Positions 17,931-26,202 of a stretch of 38,519 bases of DNA are shown here, one piece after another; position 1 is the stretch's first letter; every line of letters starts with the position of its first letter. Source of the stretch: a virus (lineage: Duplodnaviria > Caudoviricetes). Under the pieces are notes generated by a model. That model searched no databases and was not told the origin of the DNA. It was given only the letters and a program-made list of their open reading frames with translations. A program made the translations under genes and the position numbers. Where the stretch lies: positions 1 through 38,519 of the IMG/VR virus record IMGVR_UViG_3300037310_000135. One strand, given 5' to 3'.

Positions 17931-18823
17931 TTATCTGCGAGGCGATCCCAGCTCATCATTTGAGCCGTTTCGTCCATTTGTTGTGAATACGCGCCTATGT
18001 CCTTTCCGGCCCACTCGTCTATCTTTTTTGCTATCGTCTTCGGGTCTAGTACTGCTGATTGGAACGTGGTACTAATCCTTTTCCGCTCGTACCGCCCGAC
18101 CGGGATAAGGAGTTCTCTCGGAAGGAACGCATTGAACGGGTATCTGTCTGTACTCATTATCGGCATACCGACGCTCATAGCTTCTTGAATCGGGAGACTT
18201 AAACCGTTGAACTTCTCCGGGAATATGAACACATCTCCCTCGCCCCAGTTCTCCCAGTAATTCTTCGCGTCATGGATTTTGACCACCACTCTGGGGTCGT
18301 TCGTCGTGAAGGGGATTTGGGTATTTATAATCAGCTTAATGTCCGACTTCACGAACTCCATAGCGTCCAGTAAGTCCTTCGTCCCGTTTCTGCTCCCTAG
18401 CCCTCCGTGACCTGTGTTGTGAACAAAGACATTCGCTCTCTCTCGCTTCTTAAAGGGCAAGACGTTCCTGTTGATCGGGAACGGCAGGTAAGTAGACCCC
18501 TCGTAGAACTTCGCGTCCAGTAACGAAGGGGCAATGACCTTAGACGGAGCAACCGGGAAAGGGTAGTTGGTGCATTCGTACATCGGGACTAAGACACTTC
18601 TCCGATTCCTAAATACCTCCCACTCATAGGGCGTTTCTATCGCCACCACAATATCCGTCGTCAGATTGTCTACTACGTTGTAAAACCTTTCAGGGAACCA
18701 CTCGTACTTGCGCTTCACTAATTGAATCTGGTCGAACTTGATATGGTTCGCCATCTCCCAACTGCATGTTCCTAGGCCACTGTTGCAAGCCCTAGCTATG
18801 AGACCTACCGTTGCCATAGCCAC
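17903..18823 (-). CDS. GT-B (GT4-like) glycosyltransferase
   Basis: NSGLG, RNGT, DVFIFPEKFNGLSLPIQEAMSVGMP. Confidence 0.85.
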   Translation of the reverse strand: MAMATVGLIARACNSGLGTCSWEMANHIKFDQIQLVKRKYEWFPERFYNVVDNLTTDIVVAIETPYEWEVFRNRRSVLVPMYECTNYPFPVAPSKVIAPSLLDAKFYEGSTYLPFPINRNVLPFKKRERANVFVHNTGHGGLGSRNGTKDLLDAMEFVKSDIKLIINTQIPFTTNDPRVVVKIHDAKNYWENWGEGDVFIFPEKFNGLSLPIQEAMSVGMPIMSTDRYPFNAFLPRELLIPVGRYERKRISTTFQSAVLDPKTIAKKIDEWAGKDIGAYSQQMDETAQMMSWDRLADKWKSEILSA

Positions 18824-19110
18824 ATCACAGCATTACGGTGATTCTCGTCCTCATAGTCCGGGTAAAAGTTCGGGAGTTTCGCCACGCGGGTAAATCCTAA
18901 TGACCTGTAAAAGTGATGCGCTCTGTAATTCCTCTCAATCATGAACGCATAGATACACCTGTACTTCTCCATCAGCTCTCGGACCATTGAGGTTCCTATT
19001 CCTTTCTTCTTGTCGGTGACTTCAATATCAAATATCTCGCATGAGCCTTTCATGCCATCGCGGTACTTTAGGAATCCGCCTGGTCGGGTTATCTCACTGT
19101 AAGACTTCAT
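18805..19110 (-). CDS. GNAT acetyltransferase
   Basis: DIEV..KKKGIGTSM..N..AHHFYRSLGF; start moved to ATG 19110. Confidence 0.85.
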   Translation of the reverse strand: MKSYSEITRPGGFLKYRDGMKGSCEIFDIEVTDKKKGIGTSMVRELMEKYRCIYAFMIERNYRAHHFYRSLGFTRVAKLPNFYPDYEDENHRNAVMWLWQR

Positions 19111-19570
19111 GCTTCTCTGGGTCAACGTACTCAAGAATCAAAATCTTTTTCGCAACTCGGAGCAACTCTTTCCGTATCTTCTCCCACTCCGCCTCGCCGA
19201 GATTCCCTATGACCATCTGCTTTATACTCGAACACACGGCCCAGTCGAACTCCTGATCTTTGAAGGGGAGGTTTTTAAGGTCGGCCTGGATGAAAGTCTT
19301 GCCCGGATTCAGCTCTTTTGCCCACTCGATGAAGTCTGGGGAGAAATCCACCCCCGTATAATCGTCTATAAGGCCGCTAATACGCCCGTAGCCGCATCCT
19401 GCATCCAAAACCCTACCGTACACCGTGTTTTTCAGCACAGAGGCGTGTAGAGCCTCGATTTTTTCCCAGAGTTGCCTGTTCGCGAGATAGACGGAGTAAT
19501 TCATATTCCCCCGTTTCGCCCTCTCGATCCTACTCCGCCAGAAGTCAATGGTATCTATTGGCTCACTCAT
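19094..19570 (-). CDS. Class I SAM-dependent methyltransferase
   Basis: VLDAGCGYG, GVDFS, ADLKNLPFKDQEFD. Confidence 0.9.
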   Translation of the reverse strand: MSEPIDTIDFWRSRIERAKRGNMNYSVYLANRQLWEKIEALHASVLKNTVYGRVLDAGCGYGRISGLIDDYTGVDFSPDFIEWAKELNPGKTFIQADLKNLPFKDQEFDWAVCSSIKQMVIGNLGEAEWEKIRKELLRVAKKILILEYVDPEKHEVLQ

Positions 19571-20619
19571 CTCGCTATAATAATAGGCTTGTCTCCGTAG
19601 GGGATTCGCTCCACCACTTTCTTCCCGGCGCGTTCAATGAGTTCTTCTAGGTCGTCGGGGTGCGATCCGTAGTATTGCGTCCTTACGCTCTCTTTCCGAA
19701 GATTACACTGGAATACCCAGGTCTTACTTTTTAACTTGTGAAGAACAGGAACCTGATTACTGTACGGAACATGATAGATAACATTGAGCAGGAGGGCTGT
19801 GTCGGTTTCCGGCGGGCGCATTATTTCAATATCTCCGTCTACGAACTCCGCGTCTAACTCTTTCTGGTCGACATACTCAAAGATGAGTTTATTCAGATAC
19901 GCTATGTGGTTCCAGTCGTGGTCTATTCCCCACACTCGTTTTCCATGTCGCGCCAACTGGAGTGAGATATATCCCTCATTACAGCCAACGTCGACCACGC
20001 TTCTGCCAACCAGCGGAAGAATAACTTCCCACTTCTCGGCATTTTCCCGATGAACCCTGCCAGCCTTTCCGTTATTCCATTTCTCATTATATGAAAATTC
20101 ATAGTAGTCGGGATTCCCTGAAGACAGTTGCCTGGCCCTTAACTTTCTTTCAACGAACTCATCGTCAATGTCCTTGTATGTAAATCTGTGTAGGATTGCC
20201 GGGATTTCGGGGATACCTAGAAAGGTGGCAATCTTAGAGCGGAAACTACCGTCGAGCCTTTCTCCCGTGACCTCAACGTGAACCGGCTCTCTAATGCCCT
20301 CGCTACGAATCGAATTGAATAAATCTTTAAGACGGGAAACCCTCGATATAGGATCGCTACCTTTATAGTCAAAGAGTTTTACATACGGGTTATCCGTAAT
20401 ATCGTAGACCGCTTTATCCTTAATCTTCTGTAGGAGCCAGAAGAACTCGTCTAACGGTTGCTCGTAGGTTTTTAAGGTTCCCTCCTCGATAATGATAGGC
20501 TTATGTACCCCGACCCGTTTCTGCATCGCCTCCGGCGGGATGGTAACAGACCCCCCGCCTCGCTCGATGAGTTTCTTACGCGGCCCGTAATTTGTTGTGT
20601 GCAGTCCGTAGAACTTCAA
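19567..20619 (-). CDS. ParB/Srx-like domain fused to a class I SAM methyltransferase
   Basis: SIRSEGIREPV..LDGSFR..LGIPEIPA followed by VVDVGCNEG..GID..LLNVIYH; the TTG start is uncertain. Confidence 0.75.
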   Translation of the reverse strand: MKFYGLHTTNYGPRKKLIERGGGSVTIPPEAMQKRVGVHKPIIIEEGTLKTYEQPLDEFFWLLQKIKDKAVYDITDNPYVKLFDYKGSDPISRVSRLKDLFNSIRSEGIREPVHVEVTGERLDGSFRSKIATFLGIPEIPAILHRFTYKDIDDEFVERKLRARQLSSGNPDYYEFSYNEKWNNGKAGRVHRENAEKWEVILPLVGRSVVDVGCNEGYISLQLARHGKRVWGIDHDWNHIAYLNKLIFEYVDQKELDAEFVDGDIEIMRPPETDTALLLNVIYHVPYSNQVPVLHKLKSKTWVFQCNLRKESVRTQYYGSHPDDLEELIERAGKKVVERIPYGDKPIIIAR

Positions 20620-21502
20620 GGAGCTGTTTACACCGTACCGACTGGGTGTGGTGCTTTTTAGTATGTTCGTACGCCGCTAGTCCTATCGCTTTCCGCTTCT
20701 CAGGGTGCTTCAGGTAGTAGTCTATAATCTCGAATAGTCCCTCGAAGTCTCCGTGGTGGTAGGGTATGAAATGCTCATACGGAGTGTATTCGTCTTTCAG
20801 TCCAGGGATGTTCGGATGAATACAGAACCCGCCCCTCCCAAGTGTTTCGTAAATCCTGTTTGACCAGTAAAATGGAGCGTAAACTGATTCGCCGATAATC
20901 ACTCCGGCTGAGGCGTAAACTTTATTAAGCGAATGGCCTCGTACTTCGTCGGGGTTCGTGTTCCCGTACCACATGAAATCCTTGTACCTCTTTTGTATAT
21001 TAGTAACGAGCTGCGTCCGATACGGATACTCTGGGTTCAGCGCCCCCACGAATACCACGTCATGCGCATACTGCTTTCCCGGCTCGTCTATGTAACAGAA
21101 CTCGTCGGGGATGGCCTGACGGAACACTTGATGGTTTACTTTACCCCAGTCACGCTCTCCGCCGTCCGGCGTGAGGACTAAATCTGCCTGGAAGATAGGA
21201 TCCTGTCGGATTCGGTACTCCCTCGATAGCCCCCAGTAGAGGTCTGGGACGAGACACGTTGTGAAGACTCCTTTCTCTTTAGCGTACTCCACGACTCTCT
21301 TTCGCTGCGGTGCGCCTATCTTTAACTTTGCGAACAGAGCGTAGTCGTATCCGTTCTCATTTATCATCTCCTCGTAGTGAGAGGTGACAAACTCTTTCTC
21401 GGAGATTCTGTCTACTGTCGCTCCGTTAGCCTCTAAGCCTCTGGCGATTCCTTCCTCGTCCCAGAGTTTACCAAACATGCCGATGTATAAAATCTTAGGC
21501 AT
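20576..21502 (-). CDS. CgeB-like GT-B glycosyltransferase
   Basis: DVVFVG..YPYR..RGHSLNKVYAS..YWSNRIYETLGRGGF..HT...RC. Confidence 0.85.
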   Translation of the reverse strand: MPKILYIGMFGKLWDEEGIARGLEANGATVDRISEKEFVTSHYEEMINENGYDYALFAKLKIGAPQRKRVVEYAKEKGVFTTCLVPDLYWGLSREYRIRQDPIFQADLVLTPDGGERDWGKVNHQVFRQAIPDEFCYIDEPGKQYAHDVVFVGALNPEYPYRTQLVTNIQKRYKDFMWYGNTNPDEVRGHSLNKVYASAGVIIGESVYAPFYWSNRIYETLGRGGFCIHPNIPGLKDEYTPYEHFIPYHHGDFEGLFEIIDYYLKHPEKRKAIGLAAYEHTKKHHTQSVRCKQLLEVLRTAHNKLRAA

Positions 21503-22475
21503 GGGTCTTCTTGTGTCTTTGGAGCGTAGATTCGGTTTTCAATTCCTTTCCGCACAGGGGGCACTGGTATACTTGCTCGGTCTGTGGCGGTGCTATCTCC
21601 TTGTGATCCGTTCGCGGGTCTTCCGCGTAGCCTAGATATATGAACTTACCGGGCTGGGTCTTTTGAGCCTCCAGCCACTCGGACTCTTTCATGTCTAGCC
21701 TCTTATCGTCCGCAACTCGCCGGACGTAGACGTACTTTTCGTTTGGATGCTTTTGGAACATGTTCTTCTTTTGGCTCCCCATCTTTTCAACCTCTTCCCG
21801 TAGCTTATCTAACATCTCTCTCTCACTGAACGAACTGCCTACTGTTTCCGTTTTGAGAGCCTCGTAGTATGCCCGGTCTTTCCACTTCGCGGACGGGTCA
21901 TACTTCTCATATCTCTGGACTTTTCGTTTACGGGCTTCAGCCTCCATGAGACCGTAGTGGTGGATGAAGTGTGGGACGTAGGAACCGTAGTGATACGCCC
22001 ACGGCGGTCCGAGACCACAGTGAAGGTTCTTTCGGATGTACTGGAGTCCGTATTCGGGGAGGTAGTTAAACTGTCTGATGTTCCAGAAGCCGAGACTCTT
22101 ACGGTGGTGGTCTTCGTCGTTCCAGTGGTTGACAATGTAGAAGTAGATGGCGGGGTATCGTCGGGAATACTCTTCAAGTAGTTCACGACTGTAAGAGCCA
22201 TCAAATCGTTCATCTGCATCCAGAGGGACCACAACTGCCGGACGTAATCCGCCAATCTTTTTAAGAAGGTCGGTTTTAATGAGCGGCTGGCTGACTCCCC
22301 ATTCTCGGTTGTCTTCGTAAGTCCAGTATCCATAACTCTTAATCAGGTCTATCGTTTCCTTATCCGCGTTGTTCGTCGCGATTACCGCGTCGTCGCAGAG
22401 CCTCTTGAACTCGTCTAGTGTCCCCTTGAGGTATTTCTCATTAGGGCCACAGACCATGAAGCCTATCACCCGCAT
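21495..22475 (-). CDS. GT2-like glycosyltransferase with C-terminal C2H2 zinc finger
   Basis: PLDADE, HHYG; C-terminal YQCPLCGKELKTESTLQRHKKTH. Confidence 0.8.
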   Translation of the reverse strand: MRVIGFMVCGPNEKYLKGTLDEFKRLCDDAVIATNNADKETIDLIKSYGYWTYEDNREWGVSQPLIKTDLLKKIGGLRPAVVVPLDADERFDGSYSRELLEEYSRRYPAIYFYIVNHWNDEDHHRKSLGFWNIRQFNYLPEYGLQYIRKNLHCGLGPPWAYHYGSYVPHFIHHYGLMEAEARKRKVQRYEKYDPSAKWKDRAYYEALKTETVGSSFSEREMLDKLREEVEKMGSQKKNMFQKHPNEKYVYVRRVADDKRLDMKESEWLEAQKTQPGKFIYLGYAEDPRTDHKEIAPPQTEQVYQCPLCGKELKTESTLQRHKKTHA

Positions 22476-22891
22476 TAGAAAGTCTCGTTAGCCTTCCGCA
22501 CATCCCAAGTAATCGTTCCCATTACCCTCCCTTGCGTCGGAGCTTCTACGTTCAGAACCAAGTACACTCCGTTCGGGATCGTAAGGCCGTCTTTCTCACA
22601 AGCCACTTCGTCTTCGGTGCTAATCATAACCACGGTAGATTTCTCAATCTCAGGGTTCGTGACGACATCAAACATCTGCGGAATAGACTCTCCGAGATAC
22701 GACCCCTGAGCGTAATTCGTAGCATCACGTCCTCCACCGACATCTGAGGCTAACGCCCAGGCGACTCGTATTACTTCCGCCCCAGAAACCTTGATCGAAT
22801 AGATAAGGATTTCTTTATTATCTACGTTCCCTAAAGCCAAGATATTACTCCGGCCACGCTCTACTGCGATGTTGAATGGTAGGTGAATCAT
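22475..22891 (-). CDS. Hypothetical protein (beta-rich, possible virion protein)
   Basis: ORF in the head module; start at ATG 22891, just after the upstream stop. Confidence 0.55.
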   Translation of the reverse strand: MIHLPFNIAVERGRSNILALGNVDNKEILIYSIKVSGAEVIRVAWALASDVGGGRDATNYAQGSYLGESIPQMFDVVTNPEIEKSTVVMISTEDEVACEKDGLTIPNGVYLVLNVEAPTQGRVMGTITWDVRKANETF

Positions 22892-22892
22892 A

Positions 22893-23735
22893 TTAGTTAG
22901 CAACCAGGACTATATCGAACCCTCCGCATACATCAGAGTTGTTCACAGAAGATGTCACACGAAGCCATACGTCAGTCTTCTCTGTTATCTTGAACGGAGC
23001 TGCGAATGTATACGTCAACTCTGCACCAGCCGTTACTGACTGTTGGTGTTTGAGGTTCCTTACTCCAGTAGATGAACGAGTCCAGAGACTTATATCCATC
23101 GTAGGTGCGGTTGGCGTTGAGTTCCCAGTAACATAATAGTGATAGAGATAGCCAGTCGTTGCTGCTGGGATTGTATAGATAGCCATGAGCGTCTGACCAT
23201 TACCAGCCCCGACAACAAGTCTAGTCGCCCCTCCTCCTGCGATACGAACAGTCAGCGTCCCCACGTTGGCCTCATTAGAACCTGCGGTCTGCACGCTGCA
23301 TCGGTGAACACGGATCCACGTTCCAGGAACAGCAACGGCAGTTGTCCCGTCCAATGAAACGAGTTCATTCTTGACTGCGTAGTTTTCGTCAAGCCCGATG
23401 AGTGAGACTATTCTCGCACCAGTGCCAGCAGCAGCATCAGATGCACTCGACGAGAGAATTTCCAACGACTGCGCTGTTGTATCAAACGTATAGAGTCCAC
23501 CACCCTCCCAAACGTCTTCGGCTGCCCCCGTGTCGATGTCAGGGTTCCTACCGAACTTTAGCATGAGGGAGTGCCCATTGACTTCGCCCTTGGCGATAGC
23601 AAGGAGTCTATCTTGAGTCTGAAGTGCGCCATCCGCCGAAACGACTGGCTGCACTGGTGTGCCAGAACCATTCGAAGAAGTATTGCTCCAGATGTCTACC
23701 GAGTTCTTTCCTGTGTAGTGTTGACTATTACCCAT
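22893..23735 (-). CDS. Putative virion structural/decoration protein
   Basis: KFGRNPDID..EDVWEGGG..SSSASD..GTGAR..GLD pattern I recognise from phage structural regions; Gly/Thr/Ala-rich beta protein. Confidence 0.6.
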   Translation of the reverse strand: MGNSQHYTGKNSVDIWSNTSSNGSGTPVQPVVSADGALQTQDRLLAIAKGEVNGHSLMLKFGRNPDIDTGAAEDVWEGGGLYTFDTTAQSLEILSSSASDAAAGTGARIVSLIGLDENYAVKNELVSLDGTTAVAVPGTWIRVHRCSVQTAGSNEANVGTLTVRIAGGGATRLVVGAGNGQTLMAIYTIPAATTGYLYHYYVTGNSTPTAPTMDISLWTRSSTGVRNLKHQQSVTAGAELTYTFAAPFKITEKTDVWLRVTSSVNNSDVCGGFDIVLVAN

Positions 23736-23975
23736 TTATGCGATTGGCGGGAGTTGAGACTTGAGGAAGTTCAGCCATGTCTCGTAGGTTTCCTTTCGGT
23801 TCTGTTTCTCTGCTCCGGCTTTTAATTCCATCTGGGCGGCTTCCTTTTCCTTACCAGCCTCTCGTAACTCACGAGTCCGCGCCCAGTAATATGCTTCCTT
23901 TAACTCGGACTCCCAGCAGGAGTTCTGAGCCATGTGAATCATTGAATTGACTACTTCTTCTTTCGTTTTTTCCAT
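23736..23975 (-). CDS. Hypothetical protein
   Basis: 79 aa helical ORF, tightly packed in the operon. Confidence 0.6.
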   Translation of the reverse strand: MEKTKEEVVNSMIHMAQNSCWESELKEAYYWARTRELREAGKEKEAAQMELKAGAEKQNRKETYETWLNFLKSQLPPIA

Positions 23976-24280
23976 TTCTTTACAAAGGGGTCAGTGTCCG
24001 GCGGGGGTAGTTCTCCACGGCGGATAGCAGACCTGATTTCTTGAGTAAGCTCTTCCTCGATAGCCTTTGCTTTTGCTTCGTCGGTCACGGCGGTTACTTT
24101 GTCTAAGAGTCCAGAATCTAGTACAGCCTGGATTCCCTCGACCTTCGGAGCGGCTTCGGTGAAGACCCTCTTAATGGTCGGGTAGGCTTCTTGGTTCGAG
24201 GCCGGACTTCCGTGTTTGGCCATGACCTTATCGTTGATAGCCCGTAGTGTGGCTAACACCTTTTCTCTGTTGAATCTCAT
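23951..24280 (-). CDS. Hypothetical protein
   Basis: 109 aa; ATGA overlap with the upstream gene. Confidence 0.65.
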   Translation of the reverse strand: MRFNREKVLATLRAINDKVMAKHGSPASNQEAYPTIKRVFTEAAPKVEGIQAVLDSGLLDKVTAVTDEAKAKAIEEELTQEIRSAIRRGELPPPDTDPFVKKWKKRKKK

Positions 24281-24645
24281 GATTTCCCGTGGATTACTCG
24301 TGACGGATCGGGAGGGAGTTTCATGTTCCCCCTCGCTCGTTCAATCTCGTCGGCTTCTCCTTTCCTCAGCAGTGCCTGAGCCCGGGAGAAGTCTTTTGTT
24401 TCGTTGAAGACCTTATGTGAATCTCGGACGGCCTGTGCGAACACAGAACCATCGGAGCATCCTATGAGCCTCAAGTTCTTTTGGTACGAGGAGGTCTTCT
24501 GTAAGAGCTGCCACGCTTCTACAGCATGACACCCGAAGATTGTTTTATCGGGTCGCTCGAAGAACCATGTCATTTGAGCAGGTTCTAACTTATGGGGTTT
24601 TATATTGTCCCCCGGTGCTATCGGGTCTTTTTCAGTTGGTAACAT
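24277..24645 (-). CDS. Hypothetical protein downstream of the capsid gene
   Basis: Start moved to ATG 24645 (MLPTEKDP), after an intergenic hairpin. Confidence 0.65.
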   Translation of the reverse strand: MLPTEKDPIAPGDNIKPHKLEPAQMTWFFERPDKTIFGCHAVEAWQLLQKTSSYQKNLRLIGCSDGSVFAQAVRDSHKVFNETKDFSRAQALLRKGEADEIERARGNMKLPPDPSRVIHGKS

Positions 24646-24712
24646 ATCTTTCTCAACAGGCCAGGAGACCTCCTTTGTCTCCCAGCCCGTCGAGCGGGCT
24701 AGGGGTTCAGCA

Positions 24713-25525
24713 TTAGCTGTTGATGAACGCAGATGACGCATTCAGGAGACAGGCTGCTGGCTCACGAAGTACACCAACACCATAGATGATGCTGACGGTC
24801 GTGAGGTACGCGAGGTTGCGGTTTTCCCACGTTGTCGAGACCTTGACCTTGCCACCACCTGCTGTCTGGACTGCGAAGCCCAGTGCGCGGGGGTGTGCGA
24901 GAAGGTTGCGATACGTTGAGAGACCGGAAACCACGTTTGAGGACACATAGACGGGGATACCGTACAAGGAGCCTCGGAGACCACGGCTCCAATCCATCGG
25001 GCCGAAGTTGCCCTCGCGAACGAAGGACTGACCTCCGGCAATAGACTGGTCGTAGTATTTGGCGATTGCGGCCAACTGCACCCAGAACACGTACGGGTGG
25101 AAGAAGAACGCAAGCTCGTCAATCGGGAAGTTCGCCGTGTCCATCTTGTTGATGGCTTGGCGGATTTCCGCGTCTGCGAGAATGGTTGCCGTATCACCCA
25201 CGGTGTTCGTGGAGATTGAGGACCACAGACCAAAGAGAGAATCTTCCAGGGCATCCTTGAGGAGCGAGGAACACTCACGGACATAGGCTTCCGAGAGGTT
25301 ATACTTGCTCGTCAACTGCTGCACTGTCAGATCGCCCATCAGGTACGCCACATACTTGTGGAGCGTGACGCTGAGGGTTGTGTCCACGGTTGCCACACTT
25401 TCCGTTGTGATTTCTGCACCCTGAGTAGACTGGGTGAGAACCGAAAACGTGTTCGTGTAGATGTCCGGGACGTGAATGATGTCCCCTCCGTCGGAGAGGA
25501 ACGATGACAAATCCGTAAAGAAGTT
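24713..25525 (-). CDS. Major capsid protein, exon 2 (P22 coat-like); spliced product 306 aa
   Basis: NFFTDLSSFLSDGGDIIHVP..GSLYGIPVYVSSN..AHPRAL..IYGVGVLR; in frame with exon 1 after intron removal. Confidence 0.9.
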   Translation of the reverse strand, partial: NFFTDLSSFLSDGGDIIHVPDIYTNTFSVLTQSTQGAEITTESVATVDTTLSVTLHKYVAYLMGDLTVQQLTSKYNLSEAYVRECSSLLKDALEDSLFGLWSSISTNTVGDTATILADAEIRQAINKMDTANFPIDELAFFFHPYVFWVQLAAIAKYYDQSIAGGQSFVREGNFGPMDWSRGLRGSLYGIPVYVSSNVVSGLSTYRNLLAHPRALGFAVQTAGGGKVKVSTTWENRNLAYLTTVSIIYGVGVLREPAACLLNASSAFINS

Positions 25526-25600
25526 CTTGTGCTTCTCCTATTGCTAGGAGTATCGGACTATCGCATGGGTTCGTATAGAACCCCCAACTCGCTTAGTCTC

Positions 25601-26095
25601 TCACGCTGCCAATGTCGTATCATTTCGTACACCCTTTTTGTTGAGTGACGACAGCTCTTGCCAGAGCTTCGTTCGCTTCTCAAACACCCAATCTTTCATC
25701 CTGTTTCCCTTTCCTCCGGCGGAGATGTAGTTCTCCTCCTTAAAGGTATCAAGGTATTCGAGCATGATTTGGGCTTCACGTTTCTTTACGCGAAGATACG
25801 GGAGAACATGCTTTATGAAGTCTCGCATGACGGGCTTACTGCGTAATGCCCACTGCCACGCTTGGGATCTGTGAAACCCCACTCCGGGTTTGCTCATCGT
25901 CGAGGTACTACCACCGAATGAACTCTGGAGCCAATCTATAATTGGCTTGTCAGTACATCCAACTCGGATAACACACTCGAAAATCCTCCCCTTCTTCCTA
26001 ATACTCTCCCGCTTTTTGTACCATATAGAGAAGCATCCTTCTCCATCAAGGTATCCGGCGACATACGCTGCGGTCAGCTTGTTCATAATAGCCAT
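25601..26095 (-). CDS. Intron-encoded LAGLIDADG homing endonuclease (single motif)
   Basis: AAYVAGYLDGEG, LQSSFGG, LPYLRVKKREA; start placed at ATG 26095, 6 nt after a -10 box. Confidence 0.92.
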   Translation of the reverse strand: MAIMNKLTAAYVAGYLDGEGCFSIWYKKRESIRKKGRIFECVIRVGCTDKPIIDWLQSSFGGSTSTMSKPGVGFHRSQAWQWALRSKPVMRDFIKHVLPYLRVKKREAQIMLEYLDTFKEENYISAGGKGNRMKDWVFEKRTKLWQELSSLNKKGVRNDTTLAA

Positions 26096-26101
26096 ACCCA
26101 C

Positions 26102-26130
26102 AGTATATATCACTGACTGTACGAAGTCAA
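26102..26130 (-). promoter_or_regulatory. Sigma70-type promoter inside the intron for the endonuclease
   Basis: TTGACT-17 nt-TATACT, then 6 nt to ATG (leaderless arrangement). Confidence 0.75.
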
Positions 26131-26202
26131 CACCGCTTGCGCCCTGTTGCCCACAAGGGGTTCCAAGTCGATTAGAGTCGGTATCACGCGGCCAACTTTC
26201 TT

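Larger units (their letters stand above)
25526..26202 (-). mobile_element. Group I self-splicing intron (677 nt) in the major capsid gene
   Basis: P1 exon GCGGCU/IGS GGCCGC with terminal U-G; P10 AAGUU/AACUU; P3 CCGACUC/GAGUUGG; P7 GACUA/UAGUC; P8 GGGUUC/GAACCC; P9 CUCCUA-GCAA-UAGGAG; terminal G at 25526. Confidence 0.92.

Noticed and set aside
12064-22475. DNA hypermodification or O-antigen conversion cluster
   Set aside because: No base hydroxymethylase, DNA polymerase, flippase or multi-pass membrane GT is recognisable, and the genes are embedded among morphogenesis genes. Disfavoured but not formally excluded.
24742-25284. 180-aa Ser/Arg/Pro-rich alternative-frame ORF inside the capsid gene
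   Set aside because: Off-frame by-product of biased codon usage in the capsid gene.
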